Below are positions 38,579-49,180 of a stretch of DNA of 63,192 nt, in pieces. The position numbers were made by a program, and so were the translations under genes. The first letter of the stretch is position 1; each line of letters opens with the position of its first letter. This DNA comes from Chiloscyllium plagiosum (taxonomy: Eukaryota): assembly GCF_004010195.1 (NCBI RefSeq), contig NC_057719.1, forward strand, positions 68,873,430-68,936,621, written 5' to 3'. The notes beneath the pieces were generated by a model. The model was not told where the DNA came from, searched no databases, and was given only the letters and a program-made list of their open reading frames with translations.

Positions 38579-38882
38579 TTAGATTACTTACAGTGTGGAA
38601 ACAGGCCCTTCGGCCCAACAAGTCCACACCGACCCACCGAAGCGCAACCCACCCATACCCCTACACTTCCCCCTTCACCTAACACTACGGGCAATTTAGC
38701 ATGGCCAATTCACCTGACCTGCACATCTTTGGACTGTGGAAGGAAACCGGAGCACCCGGAGGGAACACACGCAGTCAAGGGGAGAATGTGCAAACTCCAC
38801 ACAGTCGCATGAGGCCGGAATTGAACCCGGGTCTCTGGCGCTGTGGGGCAGCAGTGCTAACCACTGTGCCACCGTGCTGCCC
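38579..38882 (-). mobile_element. Full-length HE1-type V-SINE nested in CR1
   Basis: Reverse complement of 19750-20068. Confidence 0.92.
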
Positions 38883-39705
38883 ACAATTGGAAGGATTCTA
38901 AGAAGGGCATAAGCTATACATGGTTAACCAGGGAAGTTAAGGATAGCATCACATCGAAAGAAAAGCATACAATGTGGCAAAGATTAGTCGCAAGTCAGAA
39001 GATTGGTAAATTTTTAAAAACCAACAAAGGATGATCCAAAAAAAAAGAGAAAATAGCCTTTGAGGGTAAACTTACAAGTAATATGGTGATAGATAGCAAG
39101 AGCTTTCTTAAATATATAAAAAGAAACAGAAACAGAAATTTATTGAGAAACTCAGCAGGTCTGACAGCATCTGTGGGAAGCAATCAGAATTAATATTTTG
39201 TGGCCTGTGACTCTCTTCATAATGGTCTGAATTCTAAAGAAGAATCACTGGACATCAAACATTATTTCTGTTTTCTCCAGCATCCACAGCTCCCTGTTTT
39301 GAATAAAAAGAGAAAAATGAACCTATTCATAAGCCCCTTACAGAATGAGGCAGGGGAATAATAATGGGGAACCAGAAAGTGTCAGAGGAATTGAATAAAT
39401 ACTTTGCATTCGTCTTGACAGTAGAAGAAACTAACACCACCCTGAAATGACTGAACTTTCAAAGGGAAAAAGGAGAAGAGGAAATAAGTGCAATAACTGT
39501 CACCAAAAAAAAGGTACTGGGAACACTAACAGGACTAAAGACCAATAAACCTTGATAGGATGCATCCTAGGATATTAAAGGAAGTAGCTACAAAGATATT
39601 GGACGCACTGGTGTAATCTTCCAGGGATTATTAGATTGTGGAATGGTCCAATGAATTGGAAAACTGCCAATGGTAATATCTTTACTTAAAAAAGGGAAGG
39701 AGACA

Positions 39706-40236
39706 AAAGACCATAAGACATAGGAGTGGAACCAAGGCCATCCGGCCCATCGGGTCCACTCCGCCAGTCAATCGTGACTGATGGGCATTTCAACTCCAAT
39801 TACCCGCACTCTCCCCGTAGCCCTTAATTCCTTGTGAGATCAAGAATTTATCAATCTCTGTCTTGAAGACATTTAACATCCCGGCCTCCATTGCGCTCCA
39901 TGGCAATAAATTCCACAGGCCCACCACTTTCTGGCTGAAGAAATGTCTTCTTATTTCTGTTCTAAATCGACCCCCTCTAATTCAAAGGCTGTGCCCAAGG
40001 GTCCTAGTCTCGCTGCCTAATGGAATCTAATTTCCAGCATCCACCTTTCCTAAGCATTGCATTATCTTGTAAGTTTCTATTCGATCTCCCCTCAACCTTC
40101 TAAACTCTAATGAATACAATCCCAGGATCCTTAGCTGTTCATCATATGTTAGGCCTACCATTCCAGGGATCATCCATGTGAATCTCTGCTGGAGACACTC
40201 GAGTTCCAGTATGTCCTTCCTGAGGTGCAGGGGCCA
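39706..40236 (-). mobile_element. CR1 LINE 3' end nested in the older CR1, 9-bp TSD
   Basis: TSD aaggagaca at 39697-39705 and 40237-40245; tail agaccataagacatagg. Confidence 0.85.
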
Positions 40237-41038
40237 AAGGAGACATCAGTTAGCTTGTTGTACTGGCAGTTAAAAAAAATTTAATAGCAGAACATTTAGG
40301 AATACATAATATGATCAAGCAGAGTAGTGTGGAATCATAAAGGGGAAATCATGCCTGACAAGTTTACCAGAATTCTTTACAGAGGTAACAGGCAAGATAA
40401 ACAAATGGGAGGCAGTAGACGTAATAAATTTGGATTTTCAGAAGGCATTTGTTAAGCTATTACTCATTAGGCTACTTAAGATAAAAGTCCAGGTGTTGGA
40501 GGTAGGATATTAGCATGAAGAGAGGATTAGCTAACTAATAGAGGACAGGCATTTTCAGGATGGCAACCTGTAACTGGTGTTGTACCACAGGGATCAGTGC
40601 TGGGGCCACAGTTGTTTGCAATATGTATTAATGACTTGATAAGGGAAATGAATGTATTGTGGTCAGGTTTACAGATGATGCAAAATTAGGTGGTAAGAAT
40701 GACACAAAGGATCTGCAGAGGAGTGAACACTTGCAAGCAGTATGGTGGCAGACAGCAAGAGCAAAAACTTGGCAGAGAAATATAATATGGAGAAATGTGA
40801 GGTTACTTTGGCAGGAGAAATAGTGGAGCTGAATATTATTTAAATAGAGAAAGACTTCAGAAGCCTACAGAACAGAGGGTCCTTGTCAGTGAATCACAAA
40901 ACTTAAGCATCCAAGTTCTGTGGGTAATAGGGAAGACGAATGGAATGTTGGCCTTTATTTCAAAGGGAATGTAGTAAAAAGTACAAACTAAAATTATATG
41001 GCAAGCTATGCCAAACTGATTGTCAGTACAATTCTTTT

Positions 41039-41209
41039 AGGAGAAAGTGAGGACTGCAGATGCTGGAGATCAGAGTTGAAGAGTGTGGTGCTAGAAAAGC
41101 ATGGCCGGTCAGGCAGTACCTGAGGAACAGGAGATATTCCAAAACGTCAATTTTCCTGCTTCTCGGATACTGCCTGACTGGCTGTGCTTTCCCAGCACCA
41201 CACTCTTCG
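41039..41209. mobile_element. Penelope-derived fold-back element (core deleted), imperfect 14-bp TSD
   Basis: agta(c/t)aattct(t/c)tt at 41025-41038 and 41210-41223; inverted arms. Confidence 0.75.
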
Positions 41210-43669
41210 AGTATAATTCTCTTGTTTGCCTCACTAGGGTAGCAAACAGAAACTCTGGCCATGCTGATCCTAGAGTCATTAGAAAGGTCAAATGTCATAT
41301 AGAAAAATGCAAAATTCCCTAATCTTCCTGATATTCAGATCCAGGTTAAGAGAAAGCATGGAGTAAGTTTCTGTTCTGTAAGGACCATTTCTTTTTTTAA
41401 AAAAACACTGTGGACTGAAATGGAAAAGAGCTGTTGTAAAATAGTATTTGAAAGTGTGGCTGTACGTTTCTAAACCAAGTAATACGAGACCCATTGCAAC
41501 TGTTTGAACAAGCAGAACTTGAAGTTTGAGTTGCAAACATTTGAGCTTAGGAGGTGTACCAATGCAGCTTTTGCTGGCAACAAGAAGTTGATAGGTTTAT
41601 GGACTAGTGACCAGTTATCCATGACAGACACCTTTTTCCCTATACAACTCAAATAGCTGAACAGCTTGGTGCTGGGTACAAGTTATAGGAGATAAATGTT
41701 ATTGTAAGCTATGACTTTTAATTGATAAGGTCAGAGGCATTTAATAAGCGAACTGGCCACCTTGTGTTTCTTACTAATCAGTGGAAGCATCTGGAGAAAG
41801 ATTGTTGAAGCAACATGCTAGCCAGTAAAGGAATAAAAAGGATCATCTCAATAACAGAAATGAGGATCAAAGAGAACTGAACTGTATTTCCAAATTTTCC
41901 CCTTTGTCCATAACCCATTTTACCCTGTCTGTTTCACTGAGTGTGAAAGGGGTAGTTTATGAGATGATTGAGTTTAATGAGTACTGTTCTCTGTCATTGG
42001 TTCATAACTGTTTATCTGTAGGTAGAATCATAAGCCCTTAAATGAATTTGCAAGTTAGCACAACTTATAAGAAGTAATTATTTGATAAAAATAGCCATTA
42101 TCCCATAGGGTGACTTTAATGTACCCTGTTCCACAGTACCTCTATTAATCAGTGTCCACCTGCCAACCAGACAGCACTTTCCTGTCATACTGTATAAATG
42201 TGTTTTCCCTTTATGTAAGTATTCTTGCAAATTGTCCTGACAAGCATAAGGCAAAAAAGCTCTGACAAAATGTGTCTGTTTTCAGCAGCACCAGAAAGGA
42301 GCATGACCAGGCATGATACCTTGTTTGAATTAAACAAAAAAATGTGAGAGATAGTAATTTCCTGTTGCATTCTCCATGGCAACACCATGAGCAATTTAAG
42401 TTGAATTCTTGACTAATCAGCACCTTGTTGTTGTATAGCATAAATTGTTGCTCCCTTTGAAATTCGGTATTCTTGCATCTGTCATGTTGTGTGCAAGAAT
42501 AAAAGCTTCAACAGTGTCTCTTTATTCATCAATTCTTAAGTTATATACTATTGAGCAACTATTTCAACACATTGTGTGCAGAATGTGTATCTTACACCGA
42601 GGTATACAAGAAATTGAGGTCGCACTTAAAGTAGAATCTTGCAAACCTACATTAACACTCTGTGCATTATAGCTTTAACATCTGCAGCAGGAAGATGAGA
42701 TTTAACCAAATAGAATTCCCATTTTTAAAAAAAAAACAATTGGACTATGTCTCTAGCTCAATGTAATTGCTTTCTTGTCCAGGACATTTAAAATCTAAAT
42801 GTATGAATTGTTATTTGGGATTATGTACTCCAGAACAAATGCAATCCTGTGTAATCTGTCAAATTTAATATTTGACAGGCTTGAGAAAAATTAATCGGTG
42901 TTAAAAGTTTACAGCAAATGCATATCTTTTCAGTAAAAGATCAAACCATTCATTTCTCTGATGTGAAGTTTCATTGTTATTGTTTCAGGCCTCCAAACAT
43001 GTGTAAGTAGTGTCTCAGTTTCCATTTGTCCATCCCCCAGCTGCCAGAACTCAGTTATTTGGTGCTGAAATTCCGTCAAATCATATTAAAACTGATGCTG
43101 CCTGCAACAGCACAAAGTTCAGACATATGCTGGTTATTTCTCCCTTGGCACCATGAGCAATGAAGTCATTTGTGCTCTTTCATCATCTTAGTTTGCTACA
43201 CTGGGAGTTTCAAAAGTAAACTTTTTGTGGAGAGTAATTGAAGTTGATCCAGGGGCTCAGCAACAATGCTATATGCCTATTGCCATTACCTTATGACTCC
43301 ATACACAATGGGATTAGTTTTATTCCATGGCTGCACTGTTGAACTATGAGGGAAAACACAAATCACAATCTCCATGATAGTTCTAAATCCAAAATAGGTA
43401 TGGCTGAGTAAGTTAACTATTTAAATGTAATGATGTATTCCAGGCAGAGAAAAAAACCATTCCCTTCATAGTCTGAATATGAGGATGACTAGGAGGTGAA
43501 CCAAAAACAAGGTAGTGGAGCTTCTTCAGTCTTAGTAATGAGAGTATCAGCATTTTTTCACTTTACTTCACATGCCTTTGTATCTCCTGTGACATCAATA
43601 TATGCAGTTTTACTTTTTATCTATATATTATACCAAGGAACCATAAAAGTGTAGAGAAACTCAATAATA

Positions 43670-46660
43670 GAACAAATTTAAAGGCTATGTACCTTAATGC
43701 ACAAAGCATTCGGAATAAGGTAGACAAATTGATGGTACAAATCAAGGTAAGTAAATGTGACTTCATAGCCATTAAGGCAACATGCATACAAGGAGATCAA
43801 AAGTGAGAACTTAACATTCAGAGATATTTGGCCTTTCAGAGAAACAGAAGGGATGTAAAAGTTGATGGGGTAACACCGTTAAACAATAAATGAAACATGA
43901 GAACTGATATATGCTTGGATGATGTAGAGTCCATTTGGGTGGAGATAAAACACAAGGGAAAGAAGAAGTCTATAGCAATAATGTATAGATCCCCAAACAG
44001 TAGCCACTCTGTTGGAAAGACTATAAGTCAATAAATAATAAGAGCATGTAAAATGATAGACAATAATTGTCATTGACATCAATCTTCATGTTGAATTGGG
44101 TTAATCAAATTAGAAAGTGTAGCTGTGACAGCAAATTCATAGTGTATATTATGGATATTTTCCTAAGTCATAGATCCAACCAGAGAGCAGGCTGTCTTGG
44201 AATGGCCTCAGAGTAAAAGATCTCCCAGGAAGTAGTGATCATAACATGATAGAATTTAATATTCAGTTCGACATTGAGAAACTTGGGTCAGAAACAACTC
44301 TGTTTAACTTAAATAAAGAGAACTACAATGAATGAGAATAGAGTTAAATAAAGTAAACCGGGCTGGTGAATTAGCAGGATTGACAATAAACAAGCAGTAG
44401 TGGACATTAAGGAGGTAATTCATGACTCTCAGCAAAAATATATCCCAGTAAAGAAGCAAGATTTTAAGAGAGAGAGATAAACCAACCATGGCTAACTGAA
44501 GAAGTTAAAGAGAGTATTAACTTAAAGAGAAAAAGAAAAAGCATATCAGGAGACCAGTGTCAGTGATATCCCTGAAGACTAGGAGAGGTTCAGAATCCTT
44601 AAAAGGGACAACTAAAAAGATAATAAAGGCAGAAAGAATAAAATACCAGGGCAAATTAGCAATAAATATGAAAACAGACAATAAAAGCTTCTTTAAAGAT
44701 CTAAAATGGAAGAAAGAGGTCAAAGTGAGCATCGGCCCCTTAGAAAATGAATCTGGTGAGATGATTTTAGGGAACAAAGAAATGGCAGATGAGTTAAACA
44801 GATATTTTGCTTTAGTCTTAACGACACTTCAAACATACCATGGAGAATAAATAATACAGGGGAGGAATTAAATACCATCACTAAAGAATTAGTATAAGAC
44901 AAACTAATGGGCTAAAGGCAGATAAATACCCTGGCCCCGATGGTTTGCATCCTAGGATCTTAAAAGAGGTCTGTGGAGATAGTGGATGCATCGTTTGTAA
45001 TTTTGTAAAAATTGCAAGATTCTGGAGAAGTGCTGGAGGATGGAAAAATTGCTCGCATGATATCACTATTCAAGAAGTGAGCGAGGCAGAAAGAGGGCAA
45101 CTATCAGCTGAATAGTCTAGCATCTATTGTTGGAAAAGTACTGGGAATCAATTTTTAAGTACTTTGGAAAATGGCATCATGAAAGGGAAGTCATATCTGA
45201 CTAATTTTTAAAGTTTGTCAAGGCAATCTCAATCAGAGTGGAAAGAGGGGAACTAGTAGAGATGTTGCATTTGGACTCTCAAGAGACATTCAACAAGAAA
45301 CCTCACAAAAGGTTAAGTCAAAAGGTAAGAGCAGATGGTGTTGGAAATAGTATATTAGCATGGATAGAGATTTGGTTCAAGGGCAGAAAACAGAGAATGG
45401 GGATAAAGGGTTCTTTTTCAGGTTGTTGATCTGTGACCAGTGGGGTTCCACAGGGATCAGTGTTGGACTGCAACTGTTTGCAATGTATTTTAATGACTTG
45501 GAGGAAAGAAGTGAATGTACAGTAGCCAAATTTGTCGACTATATTAAAATAAGTGGAAAAGCAGGTTGTGAGAGGGATACAAACAGTTTACAGAGAAATA
45601 TTGATAGGTTAAGTAAATGGGCAAAATGCTGGCAAATGGAGTATAATGCAAGAACATGCAAAGTTGTTCAATTTGGAAGTGAGAACAACACAACAGAATA
45701 TTATTTATATTAGGAAAATCCGCAACTGCAACACAAAGGGAGGTGTGGTACTTGCACACAAAACACAGAAAACCTGGTGCACAGGTTAGCAGGTAATCAG
45801 GAAGGCTAATGTAACATTGATCCTTATTTCAACGGGGTTTGTGTCTAAGAGTAGGGAAGTCTTAGTGCAACTGTAAAAAGTACCGGTAAGACCACACCTG
45901 GAGTACTGTTAGCAGTTTTAGTCCCCTTATTTAAGGAAAGATATCATTTCATGGAGGCATTTCAGAGAAGGTTCACTAGGATGATCCAATGGTATGACGG
46001 ATTGCCTTATGAGCAACAGTTAAATAGGTTGGAACTACTCACTAGAGTTTAGAAGATTGAGGGATGATTTCATATAAACATATAGAATTCTTAAGGGGCT
46101 TGACAGCGTAAATGCTGAGAGGCTGTTTCCCTCATGGGAGAGACTAGGACCAGAGGGCATCGCCTCAGAATAAAGGGGTTCTGGATTAGTGGTGCTGGAA
46201 GAGCACAGCAGTTCAGGCAGCATCTGACGAGCAGTAAAATCGACGTTTCAGGCAAAGCCCTTCCTGATGAAGGGCTTTTGTCCAAAACGTCGATTTTACT
46301 GCTCCTCAGATGCTGCCTGAACCGCTGTGCTCTTCCAGCACCACTAATCCAGAATCTGGTTTCCAGCATCTGCAGTCATTGTTTTTACCTCAGAATAAAG
46401 GGGTGCCAATTTCAGACTGAGGTGAGAAGAAATTTATTTCAAAAAGATACGAGTCTTTGGAATTCCTTGCCACAAAGAGCTGAGGGGGCAGAGTCCTTGT
46501 GTATATTTAAGGCTGAGATCAATAAGGGAATCAAGGTTTACAGGGGAAAGGCAGGAAACTGGACATGAGGCATGTTGGATCGGCCATGATCATATTGAAT
46601 GGCAGAGGAAGCTCCAGAGACCAAATGGCCTACTCCTGCTCCAATTTCGCATGGTCTTAT
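43670..46660 (+). mobile_element. Degraded near-complete CR1 ORF2
   Basis: AMYLNAQSIRNK start, PGPDGLHPRILKE, KFVDYIKISG, WQMEYN, WNSLPQRA and the 3' tail. Confidence 0.88.
46180..46387. mobile_element. Penelope-derived fold-back element nested in CR1, 17-bp TSD
   Basis: TSD cctcagaataaaggggt at 46163-46179 and 46388-46404; arms of about 85 bp; loop over ttcCTGATGAagggc. Confidence 0.9.
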
Positions 46661-49061
46661 ACACCCTGTACCACAGTTCTCTTTACTGACCTTAAAAAAA
46701 AAACATTCTTTTCAGTTTGTAGCTATGACATCAAGATCTCATTGTGCACCCATTTCTGAAATGAGCGGGCCCCATCATTATATGTGAGCACTGGTGTAAA
46801 TGAAAATATATTACAAGCCATTATGGAATAAAAACAGAAAAAAAATGACCTGTTAAAATAACCTGCATAAATCATTGCTGCCAAAAAGGAAAACTTAATT
46901 ACATTTATAATATTTTTTTAAATACCCCATGGAGACAAGCACATAATTAAAAGTTTAATAATTTAAGCATTCAGCCCCCGAATGATTTGTATTATTCTGC
47001 TAGTTTTAGTTAATTAATTAGCCACAAATCCACAGTAGAAAGCAAAATTCCAAATGTGCCCTCTGGCCAGTAGTAGATGGAAGAACGAAATGAACCTTTC
47101 TGTGCAGTATCTTCTCACCCAAAACACATTGAGACCAGCTGCACAGCAACAAGAGAAGGATAAAGTCACCTAATTTGAAAGATGAGTTTTTTTTTTATTA
47201 AGAGTATAACTGAATGGTTTATTCAGTTATTTCAGCTATCATGAGCCTGAGGTTATTCTTCATTTGGAGTCTTGTTCTATATTTGGTATTTTTGGTTTGT
47301 TAGCACTGAAAGTAATAATGTCCTCGCTGAAGTACACACTGACTAAGGACATTACAGTGAGTCGTGTAACCCTGCAGCAAATATGCTAAACCTTCACTTT
47401 ATGATGGTGAAAGACCTACATTTGGTTTTGAGCTTCAATCTTTGATCATTCCAGCAAGCATTTTTTGGGGGGAATCTCACCTAAATTACGCTGAAGCTCA
47501 GAACTCCATATTTCATGCCTTAGACTTTCTTACTCATACTAGCCAATCATGTTTGCTGCAGGTGATGTGGCATATTGGTCAGGAGGACAATGTTTCAAAC
47601 AAAAGATCATTCTTCCTTTCTTCCCCCAACCCTAGGTCATTGGTAAGAGCCTTTTATCTTAGGAACTGAGTCCCCTCTTTCAAAATCTACAGGAAATCAG
47701 CTTGCAATTGAGCCAAGCACAAGCATTGCACTATTTGCAGCAAGCAAGCAACAAATTTGTTGCACACATTGGATATAAATTCTTGAGTTATTAACATCCT
47801 GTACAAAAGTAAATTTTGATTGTATAATGTTGTAGCAGAGCAATGGTATTTGATATTGTTAGCATGTTTTACACTGTCTACTAATCTCCATGCTTCATTA
47901 CTTTCCAAAGGCATCCAGAAATTGCTGTAATTTTTGTTTTTATCATTGCAGCTAAACTAAGTTTTCTAAAATCAATGCTTTTTATTAGTGTCAAATAAAA
48001 ATTAAGGGGTTCCTTTGTATATATTCCAGCACTTTAGCCATGCATGGTGAACACTTTTTACCTTGATCTAATAACAATGGGTTGCTATTTTTCATACATT
48101 ATAAAAGATCAGATAGTCCCAAGAGCGCAGAAGAATTAATATTAAAAGCATGTTCTCATAGCTCTGTTTACAATTTTTGCAATGCAAATGGAGCAGCTTC
48201 AACCATTTCTCTGCATTTAAGTCTCACTGTTTAAAGAATTATGCATTGTATATGTAATCATACTGTTCTGTGGTCAGTGTTTGTTGTTTTAGAGCACAAA
48301 AACATTTTTTTTCCAAAAAAAAATGAACGAGTGGTAGATGCTTTAAATCAAGTTTTCAGAAAAATAAAGAACTAATTAATGATCACTCAGCAGAAAGCAC
48401 TTCATGCATTAAAAAACAATCAGTCCTGGGTCATTCACCATAGGTCCTTAGTTTGGCATCAGTGAAGCCAAAACTACTGTCTTTCTAATGCATCCAATTA
48501 GTGGCCATATGCTTTGACAGTAAGGAGATGTGAATATTCCACAATCTGCTAGGGACCAAGAGACATCAATAACTTCTGAATAATCATATAGGGCCTGGTC
48601 AATGGGTTAAGTGCTCCACTGACCATAGGGCACATCTTTAGGGACAGCACGACTTACCCTAGAACCAGGAATACAATTCCCTAATGGGACCCCTCTTCAC
48701 AGGACAAGCCATGTATGGAATTTATACTCTGAGGAGTAGTCCTTGGGTAGTTTCAGATGTTTGATGTGAGGTTTGTGAAACCTAGCTTACCATATGCTAC
48801 AAACAAAGTGCAGCACAGCTTTCCAGCCAGTATAGATTTTTTCGTAAAGGCAGCTGAGACAAAGAGCTTTCCTGTACTATTAAATTCTTTCTCATCATGT
48901 AAAAATGTAACTATCAGAGAGACCATTTCAAGAAAATGCATTTTTGTTACAATGGTGTATCTTTTAACATTATGTATTTTTAGATTTGCATCCATTATTT
49001 AAGTAGTGATTTGTGGTTTCTATATGACTGAGTTACTTTTTAACACTCTCATTATTTTTAG

Positions 49062-49180
49062 ATTTGGAGAGATCCCTAGAAGATTTACTGGACTTAAAGT
49101 TCCCACTGCTGATTTTGGTGCCTGTAGCAGATTTGCCTGGCCTAGAAATTCTGCATGTATCTTGTTGGCTGAGCAGCTAA
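49062..49180 (+). CDS. DPH6: Terminal coding exon of DPH6 long form (ends at TAA stop)
   Basis: Acceptor ...ctctcattatttttag|AT at 49061/49062. Phase 1 matches the upstream donor (G+AT=Asp). Translation is DLERSLEDLLDLKFPLLILVPVADLPGLEILHVSCWLSS*, matching the recalled vertebrate DPH6 ending 'P.LVLVPV.DLP...I.H..CWLS'. Not in the ORF track, which shows a different frame here. Confidence 0.88.

Larger units (their letters stand above)
37820..40990 (+). mobile_element. Long degraded CR1 LINE (EN to RT) with three nested insertions
   Basis: Decayed ORF2 motifs (NAHSV, AITET, gtaccacagggatcagtgctggggcc, tttacagatgat); interrupted at 38579-38882, about 39125-39300 and 39706-40236. Confidence 0.85.
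18203..49061 (+). other. DPH6: Last DPH6 coding-region intron (30,859 nt, GT-AG, phase 1)
   Basis: Bounded by gtaaga and tttttag; joining the two exons gives an uninterrupted, family-like peptide. Confidence 0.8.

Noticed and set aside
42989..43002. 14-nt micro-exon candidate (ttcag|GCCTCCAAACATGT|gtaagt, reading GLQTC)
   Set aside because: Inclusion would frameshift the conserved last exon, and there is no supporting evidence.
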